From Ginkgo biloba (taxonomy: Eukaryota; Plantae; Ginkgophyta), in NCBI GenBank assembly GCA_024626585.2, contig JANKJI020000002.1, positions 205,081,753 through 205,116,531 of the forward strand: 34,779 bases of DNA, written 5' to 3'. Shown piece by piece: positions 1 through 12,700 of this stretch. How positions within the stretch are numbered: the first letter of the stretch is position 1; the number at the start of each line of letters is the position of its first letter. Below the pieces are notes generated by a model that was not told the DNA's origin, ran no database searches, and saw only the letters and a program-made list of their open reading frames with translations. A program made the position numbers and the translations under genes.

Positions 1-249
1 CATTTTTTATGTGAAATTTCTATGTAAATCCCTATGAGTTACATCTTAAGACAAAGGAATAGGCATAAAAAGTTGTAATCTCTTGCCGAGAGAAAGTATT
101 TTACTATCATTATGGAGTTTTATTCCCCATGAGGGTTTCTCTATCTAAAAATATTGTTGTATCTATGGAAGGATTTACGTGTGTGTTCTAATTTCTTTTC
201 TCTTGAGTTTCTAGATTCAAATAATAGGATTGCATGTGTGATTCAGACA

Positions 250-2990
250 TAAAACTAAATTAAGAAGAAATAATCCATAGTTATTTATATTGGGATTTTT
301 TGACTAACCCACTAAGATATAAATTATCTCTCCCCAACTTCCTACGATATGTTAAATGTCCCAAATTATAATGAGTCAAACTTATGATGGGATGCTATCT
401 TTTCTCTAGCTTTGTATTAGACCAATACAACTTTCCTGAAATGGAACTTCTTAGGAATTGACCTCTTGTAAAAATATTTATTAACCTTCTTGTGGTGTTA
501 CTAGAAGTGCAAATTAACTTGTTCTCTTCTTTATTCCATATTAATAAACTCATATATTCTTATATATATGGATGAAACACTTCCATCTATCATGTGGGAA
601 GATAGATGATAGGTACTGAGTTTGATGTTTGTTGGTAAAACTACATCCTTTCCATAAATCAATAAATATGGCAAGTATCCCAAGACTTATTTGTATGTAA
701 TGAAATCATCCCATATTATATAAAATAAGTTTTTCTTTCAATCCCTCTTTTATATTGAATGATCCTTTTTATGATTCTAATTAGGTTCTTGTTAGTGGAT
801 TTTAAAAGATTGTTTTCTTGGGGGTAATACTTTTATGCAAGGGCCATAAATATTCCATATTTTATATTGAGTTCTAAAAAATTTTAAGAGATAAATATTT
901 ATGCATTTTCAGTAACCAATTTAGATAACACTCCAAACCTAGATAAATTATATTGTTTAAGGAATTCAATGACTACCAAGGGGTTGGCTCACTTGAGAGG
1001 CACTACTTTAGACCATCTAGTGAAAAGGTTGATAGACGAGTATGTAAATATACACTTTACTATAGCATTGAGTTATGGGACCAATAAAATCAATTCCCCA
1101 CTAATTAAAAGGGTTATCCACATAAAACATTTATAGGGGCATAGGAGATAATATTTTCTTACTGACAAACCTTTGAAAAGGGATACATGATATGACCTAT
1201 AGAATGAATCCTATAATATAGTTAGCTAGAAAAATTGTTCCCTCAATAATTTATGAGAAGTGGACTATATTAAAAAATTTCCACCACAAAATCTCATATG
1301 CATGTCCTCCATGACATTTGCTACCTCTTCTTTAGTCAAACATATCAACCGAACCCCATCATAATTCCTTTTATAAAGATCATCATTTAAAAGGACATAG
1401 GGAAATGACCTTATCTTCAAATATATTTTCTATTTCTTATCCAAAGATTAAAGACATATCCCATTCTTTAAATAATAAATTACATTTAGAAGAAATGGAT
1501 TAAATCATACCTTAACCTAGTCAAATATATCAACATTGATATGTTGTCATTGAGTTTTCTCNNNNNNNNNNNNNNNNNNNNNNNNNNNNNNNNNNNNNNN
1601 NNNNNNNNNNNNNNNNNNNNNNNNNNNNNNNNNNNNNNNNNNNNNNNNNNNNNNNNNNNNNACATCCTCTATTAGGTCTGCAAAATTATGTGATACACCA
1701 CTTCTTAGCATTTCATATGCTCACTCTCAAAACCCAATATTTTAATTCTAAATTTTAAAAGGGATGAATAAATACATATTTTATGTTGGGTTCATGACCT
1801 CGATACAAATTAAACTTAATGCCATGACCATGCGATCTCTGATAGGTAACCCGAACCTAACATAGCTTATAAATAACTCATAATGACGAATCAGTTTCAT
1901 GAGATGCCCCAATGCTCCAGTGAAGATATTATGCCAGAGTACTTTCTTAGTGATTTTCATCCTCTAACTAAACATAACTCCCTACCTCAAACTACTTTCT
2001 ATCCAAATAGGAATTGGTTAATTTTGATGGAGAACCTAGGGTAGTCAATCCTCGAGTCTTCCTAAAGTCCTTCCCCATTCAACTAATAATAAATCAAGAA
2101 GATAGTTAGATAAAAACCAAAGAATAATTATGTAATAAAATTTTTAAATTGAGGATCACAAGGTAAAATCTCTATAATTCCTATAAAGGAAATTTTTGTC
2201 AAGAGAGGCCCCATTTATGGGTTAATAATCCTGATTGCTAATTTAGGTTTAGGACCTATTTGGCTAGAATAAGGGTCATTTATTCTTACCAACTTGTATA
2301 TTCAAGGAAGTAACTTCATTTCTAAGAGTTTGCAATAACCTCATAGTCTCTGGCATCTCAGTGACGGGAGAAGACTCCTTATTTTCTACTTTCATAATGA
2401 TCACTACTGGTCGTTCTTGCTTACCTGACTCAAACAACTTATTCTTGATTCACCCAGTGGTTTCCATAGGTTTTTCTAAGGTGGTCACTCCCTTATATTT
2501 GAGGATATACCTCACCTTAGGATCTAAAGCTTGTATATAGAAGACGAAGCACAAATTGTCATTAGGTCTGAGGGTAGCACAAACCTTTGTCTTAGTCTGA
2601 CCAAATCTCAAATTGAAATCCTTAAAAGATTCATCTTCTCTTTTAGAAATAGTGGTCCAATATTACAATAGGGAATGATTTTCCACTAGAACATTGGATT
2701 GCTCATTAAAATAACTAATTAGCTCATCCCAACTGGTGATAGAATTGGTTTGTAATGCATTAAACCATAGTAAGGCTTCATCTTCAAGAGTTTGAACAAA
2801 TAATCGTACATCCATATTTTTTTATGACACCGCTAATATAATACAAACCTTTGAAAAAGAGGCTAGGTGTTAGTATATGGTAATAGTTCCATCACCTTTA
2901 AACTCGACAAATAATCTTTGGCTCTTATAGACAACACATCCAAATTCCCTACTAGGTTCAAGGGACCAATAATTAGCCATGGTGTAGCTT
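250..2990 (-). mobile_element. Degenerate Ty3/gypsy LTR retrotransposon (Tat/Ogre-like): gag, protease, integrase remnants
   Basis: Minus-strand translation gives gag RLFVQTLEDEALLWFNALQTNSITSWDEL (~2720-2806) and protease-like MLRSGVSHNF (~1682-1711; cf. MLDSGASHN). After the 100-N gap: integrase Zn region LYKRNYDGVRLICLTKEEV...MH..FCGG (~1280-1380), core WGIDFIGPI (1074-1100), FTRWSKVVPLK, SRFGV..KLVTENA, YYPQENN. Many stops and frameshifts. Confidence 0.85.
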
Positions 2991-3193
2991 CAATTTCCAT
3001 CTTAGGAGGACTTGGAAGGAGAGTTAAAGCTTACAAGGGAGGTGCATAAATGGTTNNNNNNNNNNNNNNNNNNNNNNNNNNNNNNNNNNNNNNNNNNNNN
3101 NNNNNNNNNNNNNNNNNNNNNNNNNNNNNNNNNNNNNNNNNNNNNNNNNNNNNNNTATATAGATATAGATATTGTAAAAAACTAACTACTTAC

Positions 3194-5482
3194 AATCCTT
3201 TGAAGAAAACAAAAGGCTCGTATAACTCTGCCAAATTCATGACAAATGTATACTTTTGAAGCAGACGATTGTATTGCTGCCTAAATAGGCCACAAAGGAG
3301 TTTATCGACCATTCCTAGAGACTGCCATGTGAAGAAAAGTGTTAGAACTGAACCTGCTCGTCATGATTGGTAAATAAACAAAAAGTTAAAACTTAATTAC
3401 CTCGATAGGGATTTTGTAGTATAGAGTCATGTACCGTCGAAAGCTGTCCATGGTCTCTAGAACATACGGTTTTTTTACCTCAATTAAATTTCCAGTTTTA
3501 GTTGTCCGTGGATGCAGTAAAAAATAATTATACGCAGCATCCACGCCAACATTGTAGAATAACGTGTTTGCAACGGAAGAGGCGAGGTGATACACAAACA
3601 GACCAGGCTCCGAAGCGTGTCTGGAAATAGATGAGATCATGGCATTTGCGACCATATCCACCGGAACCTAATCAAATAGCACTGATCAGTTGATTCAAAG
3701 TCAATATACTGGGAAAAAATTCTATATTTTAGGAGGGATACCAAATATGCTCGGAGGATCACACACCACATCCAGTATTAAATTGCGATCAGCCAGGAAA
3801 GATGAGATTCGTCCTTTTCCATAACCAATTACAAGAAGGTCCATCATTCTGATACAGTAACCAAAAAGTTAAAGACTAATAATAATTTCAGTGGACACCG
3901 AAAAATGCTATTGAAATTAAAGACCGAAAAATGATAATAATCCTTATGATCACCTGTTGCCTTCCATCCACCCAGGTAATGGATCTGCTAAGGTGCTCTC
4001 AATGATGCTTGGGCGGATGATAACCGTGGGAATATCTTCTCTTAAATCATCCACCATCATCTCTCCCATGGCTTTGGTGAAAACGTAAGCATTTGGCCAA
4101 CCAAACTTTCTTGCCCTGATAAAATGAGAAAAAACCCATAAATTTTTTTGAATTAATTCTCTTCCGATATTATTATATGTTTCAATAAATATTCCCCAAA
4201 ACTTTTGAATGAGTTCAGAATAAGAAAAATTCGAAAAATACCTTTGTAAACCTAGTTCCTTCATTAAACGTCTCTCTCTTTTGTTATCCACAAAATTTGC
4301 ATCCGGAGCACTTCTGATTTCCTCCAGAGTCTTGCTTATTAACTTGCATTCCGATTGTATTTCCCATGAGGTCATGGTTCCATCATTGCTTGAAAGTCTT
4401 TCTCCCAACTTCATGACTTCTTCTCTAATTATTCCCGTTTTCCCAACGTTAACGTAAGCTGTAATTTACAGAATAACATAGAGGTTAAGTCCAGTATATA
4501 ATTCAAACTTGTTGAACACAGATTTTTATGAGAGCAAAGAATAAATCGTTCAGTCATTTTTTCAATTTTGTGTACAGGGGAAGGTAGGTACCCGTGGAGA
4601 CATGACAGAGAACTTGAAGTTTACAGCAGCGTTTACAGAAATTCATAACGTTTACGGCTCCCAGTGTGTTCACATTCATGGCCACATCATACCTGAATTT
4701 GCATATACACATTTAAACCAAATCAACAATAAAATTAAAAAAATCCTGAAAAATAGTAATTTTTTTTCGATACAGAAAGATCGACTGTAATTTTCTATCC
4801 AATCTATTACTTCCTCTCTCCCATTAGATATTATAATACCTTTCATAAAATGTTGTAGTAGCTGCAATGTTGACAACGATATCGACCTTTGCAAAGAGTT
4901 CGTCTCTGATGCTTTCTTCAATACCTAAATTTTCATATGCCAGGTCTCCAACAATAGGAACAAGTTTTTGTGCCATGAATCTCTTATATTCTCCTTTGTA
5001 ATTCTCTCGAAGAATCCTAAAAATGTCTTTGAATATCACCTATGCAAATATAATATACAAAGCAGTGTTTGATGTCAGCAAATTCCAATTATGTCAAAAT
5101 CTTCAACCGAAAACACATATTAACTATAAGGATAAGAACACGGAAAATCTGTTCAGCATAAAGTGATTCACCTGGTTTTGGAGTTTGATTTGGGCAGATT
5201 GCAAATCCTCTGCCCTGATCAATGTAAAAATGCATCCCACATGTGGTTGCATTCATAGTATTTTCTCTAAAAAAATTACAAATTTGGAGTTGGGGGTAGG
5301 GAAGGAAAACCACAAATTATAGAAATTTAATATGAATGAATTTGCATATCATTAAAGGAAAATAATTTTTATTCTTGCCAAAGGCATCAAATATATAATT
5401 GGATACCTTTGCAAAGGAAGGTCGTAGCGCTAATTACCATAATATTTTTTTCTCGAAAAAACTCCAAAATGTTCATGGGCAT
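3194..5482 (-). pseudogene. FAR: FAR copy A: probable pseudogene (5' lesions; exons 3-9 open; exon 10 not visible)
   Basis: E1 5482-5407 (MPMNILEFFREKNIMVISATTFLCK; GxxGxxG lost). E2 5275-5172 (acceptor reads AA at 5277-5276; in-frame TGA at 5255-5253 where FAR-B has CGA). E3 5039-4840, E4 4692-4592, E5 4458-4242, E6 4115-3954 ([15 protein letters not shown]), E7 3848-3767 (MMDLLVIGYGKGR...LDV), E8 3667-3401 (VPVDMVANA...), E9 3321-3194. Exon sizes 104, 200, 217, 162 and 128 match FAR-B exactly. Intron 9 runs into the 100-N gap at 3056-3155. Confidence 0.8.
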
Positions 5483-5590
5483 GGTTGAAATTAAAGTTAA
5501 AAGTGAAAATTTAAAGATTGGTGCTTCAACACAAAGTTTAAAATACTTTTGATTGTTATTTTCTGTGAAGAAGATTACCCCACAAGCCTC

Positions 5591-5598
5591 TATTTATA
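5591..5598 (-). promoter_or_regulatory. Putative TATA box for the degenerate FAR-A exon 1
   Basis: TATAAATA on the minus strand, ~110 nt upstream of the ATG at 5482; same spacing as the 6364-6371 box. Confidence 0.5.
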
Positions 5599-6178
5599 TT
5601 GAAGTGATCAATTCAATCTTAACATTTACATTTGCTATCATATATGATTTGAAAACTCATATGTAGTTTGAAATGATCAATGTTGCAACATGGGAATTAA
5701 CAGAAAAAATTAGAATATGAATAACTTTGTGAAAGTAACAATTATGGATAGAAAAGTACATAACCATTTTGACATCGCCTCCATCACTACCATTACCAAA
5801 ACTACAACCGCCAATTCCTATTCGAAGTTTGCTTATCGTGCCATCCAAGATCTCATTACTATTAGCATTGACCTTCTATAAGGACCAAACGAAGAAGGGA
5901 GTGATACACATGGACGTATAATATTTTTAATATAAGCACATGCTACATTGGCTCCAAGAAGCATATGAAGCTTCAACTAACCAAAGCTATTATAGACAAA
6001 TTATTATTTATGGCAATNNNNNNNNNNNNNNNNNNNNNNNNNNNNNNNNNNNNNNNNNNNNNNNNNNNNNNNNNNNNNNNNNNNNNNNNNNNNNNNNNNN
6101 NNNNNNNNNNNNNNNNNACTAAGTACTATATATTATCCAAAATTAAAAACCCATTGATGAATGGTTGAGCTTGGGTAC

Positions 6179-6254
6179 CTTTGCCAAGAAAGCCAGTGGC
6201 GCCGAGGATTAGAACATTTTTATTTTTTAAAAAATCAACAATGTCGATGGCCAT
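6179..6254 (-). CDS. FAR: Additional intact FAR exon 1 (third copy or duplicated 5' end)
   Basis: 76 nt, ACC-ATG-G start, translating [25 protein letters not shown] followed by a G|GTACCC donor. Phase is the same as the other exon-1 copies. An in-frame TAA lies 3 codons upstream. The 5' leader (aaacagactgaccag on +) resembles the FAR-B leader (cacacagactgaacag). Confidence 0.85.
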
Positions 6255-6363
6255 GGTTTCTTAGTCTAGCAAACAGACTGACCAGTCAAGAGACTTTAGG
6301 CTATTGTGTGACCTTCGTTCTGTGATTTAAGGATCAAATTGGAAGATGCCAATGCCAGGGCCA

Positions 6364-6371
6364 TTTTTATA
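6364..6371 (-). promoter_or_regulatory. Putative TATA box for the intact FAR exon 1 at 6254
   Basis: TATAAAAA on the minus strand, ~110 nt upstream of the ATG. Confidence 0.5.
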
Positions 6372-7297
6372 ATCGTCATAGAAGGGGTTAAATTTTTTCG
6401 TCTTTCAAATGTAAATAACTTTTTTCTTGAAAGGCAAATAAATTTTCAAATTTATAACTTGTTTATTTCTAATACGAATAACAATTTGATTGAAACGATT
6501 ATTCCTGTTATTTCATTGACAATTTGTAATACATGGAGGATTTTGCCCGTCAAATTTAATCCCTGATTCGAATGCCAGCTAATAGACTATAGGTGGTAAC
6601 GGTGCAGTTGGAAATGAAATTCTGAAAATTAGTACAAGTAAAACGTAGATATTTTATGATGTATGCAATGTTATTCTAATAGCTTCGCACGTAATATTTG
6701 CAAAGTTATTAGCAAAGGACTGAGGTGCAGTCAACACGGTTTCGATAGATATATGTCGCTGCTGAAGACTGTGTGAGAGAAAACCACTTATTAAATTTGT
6801 AGAGACAATATCTAAAAAAAATTTGTGGCACACACAGCAACACCGCCCTCCAAAAAGATTGTGTGGACAATACACTAAAAGCGTCCGACACGCAACATGA
6901 AGTTTGTACGTTTGAGTTAGTTGATAATTAAGTTTCCACTTTTTAGAATTGATACCCTCGAAAGAGACCTGAAGTATTTTTCTTGCAGGGAAGTAGCGTT
7001 TCATTTAAAATCAATGAGTGAAAGGTTATATGGAAAAAAAATTAATTTAAATTGTAAATTTTCAAAAATTAAATAAATATGCGTTGATAAGATAAAGGAG
7101 TTGCACGATACAGATGCAGGATGAGAACTGTGGAAAAATTTGAAATTGTGCATGTAAAATTTATATAATTTTGAAATTACGAGATCGTTGGAAAAGATTT
7201 TCGACAAATACCAATCTCTAAAATTGTGCAGTGAAGACGGGCTGTTTGTCTGGTTCAGGCCAGAACAGCAATGAAGATTAACCCTAAATGGCTTCAG

Positions 7298-7450
7298 CTA
7301 CGAAACAAATGAATTCCACACATGAACAATTGTAGAAACTTTCTCAGTACAGAGTTGAATGTCTACGTCTACGAAACAACCACAATGAATTCCACACATA
7401 TGAACAATTGTAGAAGTTTCTCACTACAGAGTTGAATGTCTATGTCTATG
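7298..7450. repeat. Two-copy tandem duplication, ~71-77 bp unit
   Basis: ctacgaaacaa...atgaattccacac..atgaacaattgtagaa.tttctca.tacagagttgaatgtcta.gt occurs at 7298-7368 and 7369-7445 with small indels. Confidence 0.9.
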
Positions 7451-7727
7451 GACCCAACTTTGGAGAAAAAAAAAACAATTTGGATTTTGTTATAAATTAT
7501 GATTTGTTATATATGACTATGAAATATGATTCTCTTAGATTTTTTTAATCCTATATATGTTGTTGGGTGCATTAAACATTTTAAATTTTAAAAGTTGTCG
7601 TAATTATCGTTACACCAGGCCCCGCTCCATGGGAACATTATATACAGGCGACAGATGGCCAATCAGTTAAAAGGTCATCGACGCCTATAGATTATTTCAA
7701 TTTATTTGAATAATTTATAAGCGTAAA

Positions 7728-7735
7728 TACGTGGC
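7728..7735 (+). promoter_or_regulatory. ABRE-like core (TACGTGGC) upstream of the intact FAR exon 1
   Basis: ACGTGGC core in the CpG-retaining region ~1.5 kb upstream of the ATG at 6254. Confidence 0.25.
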
Positions 7736-8459
7736 TGTTTGTCGCTAGATAAATTGCTGCCGCCCCATGTGATGATCATAATGATGACCAACATGAAAAA
7801 AATAAAATTAAAAAAAATAAAAAACGAAGGACAAGAAATACTAACTGCAGTTTTGTAAAANNNNNNNNNNNNNNNNNNNNNNNNNNNNNNNNNNNNNNNN
7901 NNNNNNNNNNNNNNNNNNNNNNNNNNNNNNNNNNNNNNNNNNNNNNNNNNNNNNNNNNNNCCATGCAGGGGGTAAACATGTGTTATGCATCCTAAGCAAA
8001 GACGTTGAAGAGGGATACATGGAATGAGAAGTAGAATGTGGAGGTGAAGTACTTATAAGTGAAGAAAAGCATGTCCTTTCCCTCTAATCCTTCCAAGGTG
8101 TCATATACATTAAGTTTCTATCTCCCAAAGGTCAAGAGGAAGGAACCATACGAATATAAGTTATAGCTACCTTAGAATCTTCATTAGTATGTGGTGTTGC
8201 TAATGACCCCTTTATAGAATACTTATTATGTTGGGAATGAGGCTTCCTTTAAAGAAGGACTTGATGTTGTGAATAAGGTAAAGAAGAGGTCAATTTCACA
8301 TCCTTATCTTTATGGCCTATGTTTTTCTCCATTAGAAAGGTGTGTGATAGAAGTAGGTTCAATCACTTGAAGGAACTCATGAGTACTTTTATTATTGAGG
8401 TCATATCAAGATGATATCTCATTTTAGGAGGGAGATAATAGGGACAATAATTTTTTCCA

Positions 8460-9702
8460 TATTTCTTAAGAGTGTATGTATTGGATTAGGTGTCAAATTG
8501 TGTATAACTATCATAATGGTAAGGCTTGCCAAAAATAATATCACAACAATACATATATATGAATTCACATGTAATTATATCAATGTATGAATTTATTACA
8601 AATTGACTATGTAAATATTTTCACCATTTGATTTTTTCCCTTTTAGACATGTCCATCCCAATCTATAAGGAGATGGGTGATTCTCTATAAGAAAAAAAAA
8701 AATGCATGCTTCCATTGTCAAAGATTACATTGACCAATTAGTTATTTAATTGAGCTCTTTGAATCAATTAGATCTCATATTCCTCTTTTGTGGTGGAAGA
8801 AGCCATAGGAATAAGGTTGGAATCTACTAGCATCTATCCATTGAGTATTATTTTATACTAAGGATTTTCATCGTAACCCTTTCTAATTTTTATAAGTCTA
8901 ACATTCATCTTTTCTATACTAAAAGCTTTATGAAAATCATAATCATTTTCATTTTTAGAATCATTATAGGAAATTTTACCTTAGGAAAATTCTCTTTAGG
9001 TATTTTTGATGTGTTTCAGTTGGGAAGTCACCAAAAAAGTCCCTTAATAATGCATGTAGGATATTTGAATTTGGAATCACAATAAGTTGCATTTTTTGTA
9101 GTTTAAAATAAATATCCCTCTTTATTTTTAGAATTAAATCAATGTTTGTAATGTTTACTAGAACTAGATCAGCCTCATCCAACTAATAATATCTTATCTC
9201 GGTTAATTTTTAGGTTAAGTTATAGAATTTTGTTAAATTCCCTAGTGCCATGCCTTTCCTAGACGTGTCATGGGTTTCACTAGACTATTTTTCCTAAATT
9301 TATCAATGCGTGTCATGATTGTATCCCACGATTGTGCATTTCTCCTAGTTCAAATAAAAACTCATGTTTTAAATTTTCTCAAATTTTGAACCGATCTATA
9401 CAGTGAACCATGGATTGATATGACCCATAACTGATGTAGAACAAGGATGAAAATATGTACAAATAAATTCGAGAATATATAAGCTATAGTGAGTCTAGAA
9501 ATAAACTCAAAACTTGATATCAACTTCAAAGATTTGAAAGAAAATATGATTTCTATTAATCAAATTTCAAGAATCCCTTTTTGCATTTCCAACACTATTT
9601 ATAATACATGATAATTCTCTTAATAATTTAAGGAAACTCTAATTCTAAAATTAGGGAACCTAAATCTAATTGAGGATTCACTATTTTATATTACTGTCTT
9701 AT
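8460..9702 (-). mobile_element. Degenerate CRM-like gypsy element: 5' LTR end, eroded PBS, protease remnant
   Basis: Protease VNVIFDNGSMH (~8702-8734), HPSPYRLGW (~8653-8679), CDIIFGKPY (~8519-8545). Minus-strand LTR end ...TCTACATCA at 9432 matches CRM-type TGATG/CATCA termini. It is followed by an eroded PBS-like TGGGTCATATC, and a TATAAATAG lies at ~9594-9602. Confidence 0.6.
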
Positions 9703-12700
9703 NNNNNNNNNNNNNNNNNNNNNNNNNNNNNNNNNNNNNNNNNNNNNNNNNNNNNNNNNNNNNNNNNNNNNNNNNNNNNNNNNNNNNNNNNNNNNNNNNN
9801 NNTTTTAATATGTAACCTTATTTTACCATTTTACCACTTATGACTTTTGGAATGGATAGGTATTTTTTGACCCAGAGATGATTTAATTACATGAGGGAGA
9901 CTAATATTTATGATATTTAATAGGAAGACCCCACACTAGAGTACACAGTAGGTTCTAACCTTTTCTATAATTTTTCATCAATTTTTTTTGGGGGGGGGTT
10001 TATGGACCAATGAGGCTTAAATGGAAAAATCTCAAGATTAATTAATTGGAATATTATGATTTTATTATGGAATATTATAATGTATCCCACAAACCTATTA
10101 TATTTATTATTTATTATTTGCTTTATTTTTATGAATTTTTAGTATTCCGTGATCTGTGTGTGTGTGTGCATACACATGGAGATATTGTGGAAAAGTGTGC
10201 TCGATCTCGAATACCACATCAGTGTGTAATCTTGGAGTGCATGATGATATGGTAAAGTATTGATAGATGCACACTTATATGGTATGACAATATTTTAATA
10301 AAAAAATAAAATGTGAAATATTTTATGAGGTTGATTCAAACTTTATTTAACTATGCAGAAACTAGCCAACATCGTCAATCGAGAGAGAGTTAGTGATGTG
10401 CTCCAAAATAGCTATCTACTGCTAAATGATGAGGATAAGGTAGTTTTATGCTTATGTGGGCTAAAAAAAAAAAAAAAAATGATCCATATTCACTACAATA
10501 TGATATATAGTTAGGAATTTTATCATTATTGGAGACTAGACTGAAACATATTTGTACTTCCTACATTTGGTAAAATGTGGATTACAAGATACTATATATA
10601 CCACATCATGGGTGTAAGTAGATTAGGGAGTAGAGATTATATAAGGACATTTAGTTCCATCCAGGAATGTATTTATTTATCTAATTATTATGATGTTGTA
10701 CTATTGGTCATCATGGTATTATAGCCTCCATGCTTATAAAGGATATATTTCAATCCCCGAGGGAGGTAATTACCCTAGCTATTATTTACATAATCTCTCA
10801 CAACCATAACTTTAGTTTGATTAATGAATCATGGGTTACTAGTATAAACATATATCAATCAAGTGAGATATTTTATTAGGCTTCATATATATTATCTTTC
10901 CTTAGAGAGAAACTAGAAATAATTAGGTAGTAGGGGACTAGGAACCTTAGTTATTCCTCATTAGCTATGTCTTGGCTATTTAAGCATTTTCATTTTCTTG
11001 GGATAAGTATTTATATAGATATAGTATTAGTATATGATGAGAATTCTATGATGAGATGCCAAAAGATTTCATAGGGTTCCTTATGAAAGGATTCTCATAG
11101 GAGAAAGGGGGGAGCTCGTGTTCCATTCACATACGTAGATATTAATAAGATCGNNNNNNNNNNNNNNNNNNNNNNNNNNNNNNNNNNNNNNNNNNNNNNN
11201 NNNNNNNNNNNNNNNNNNNNNNNNNNNNNNNNNNNNNNNNNNNNNNNNNNNNNAGAGGCCCCCCTTATCTGAAATAAAATTATCAAATTTTAGAATTGAT
11301 AAGAAAGAGAGGTTATGACATACCCTCTTTTGACAACTTAGCAAATAAATTTAAAATAGAAAAAGACATAAGAAGATAAAAAATATATTTCTTTTTTAAT
11401 CTTAAATATAAATAATTGTTGAATTGAAGAAAGAAAATGAAACTAATGCACCTACAATTTGAGAGAATTTGAAGTTAACTCTGACTTAAGAAAGTCTCCA
11501 AGTCCTCAAAATCACCACCAATACTCCAAATTATTTCAACAATAAGACAACAAGGGGAAAGCTTATGGAATTAAGGTAGAGTATAGATAATATATGATTC
11601 CTAATAGTCCTAAGATATTTTGAAACCTACAGTCAAAAGGAGAATAATCTAAAATTTATTATAATATATCAATTCCTCACTCAATATATATAAGGTTTCC
11701 CAACATAGAAGCTCCTATCTATCAAGAAAAATTTGGACATCATATTAGTACATAAAAAATAACTCTCACCCAATCTTTCAAATCTCCTTGTATTTATAAA
11801 AAACTCTAGGAAGTAAAATGAATCCTTAATTGATTATTCAAAGTAGCCACATTGGAAAAATTGGCCAATCTCAAGAATTTATAAAATATTGGACAAAGTG
11901 ATAAATTCATAAGAAAAAAATAACTAATGACATGCTAAACATATGTATATATCATTAGGATATGATTATGTCATTGAAAAAATTATGTTTCTATGAGAAA
12001 AAAGTCATATGCGAGAGAACAAGTCAATACGATATCGTTGTGCACATCGCAATGGAATACCATGTTATTGCATTCCCTAAATGTGAACTTATACATAATA
12101 AACCATAAAAGGAATGAAAAAACATGGTATTAAAATTTTGGCAAGACTTTATAAAATAGAAAAAAAATATGGTTTAGAGTAACTAATGGAAAGATCTCGT
12201 AGCTTGAGGACTTGTAAATTGTAGACACCTAAATATCACCATCATCATTTATCTTGTTTTANNNNNNNNNNNNNNNNNNNNNNNNNNNNNNNNNNNNNNN
12301 NNNNNNNNNNNNNNNNNNNNNNNNNNNNNNNNNNNNNNNNNNNNNNNNNNNNNNNNNNNNNATAAATAAATAAATAAAATGTTCTACAATTTTTAGGAGA
12401 ATTTATTTTCATTTTCATTTGCATTCCTTCTTTGAATTTTTTCTAAATAGTCCCATAACATAAATTCATTGAATTCTATTTTAATTTACTAACTTTATTA
12501 TTATTTATAGTATTTATATTACTACTATATAATTAAATATCATTTACTATAACTAGAAATTTGCACACATAATGTAATTTAACTAAATTTAGACATAATA
12601 ATTAGAATTAAATACGATGAAATAGACTTATTTNNNNNNNNNNAATAGGAAGACATAGAATATACCAATATAATGAAAATTGTATGATTCTTAAATAACC

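Noticed and set aside
4602-4921. ORFs 4602-4790 (+) and 4676-4921 (-)
   Set aside because: Antisense or alternative-frame shadows of FAR-A exons 3-4.
5089-5313. 74-aa ORF from the track
   Set aside because: Out-of-frame reading of FAR-A exon 2 plus intron sequence.
6654-7004. 116-aa minus-strand ORF upstream of the FAR exon 1
   Set aside because: No recognisable domain or splice context; it lies in promoter-like DNA and is plausibly a chance ORF.
7298-7450. Repeat considered as a CRISPR-like array
   Set aside because: Only two adjacent units with no unique spacers, in a eukaryotic intron-containing context.
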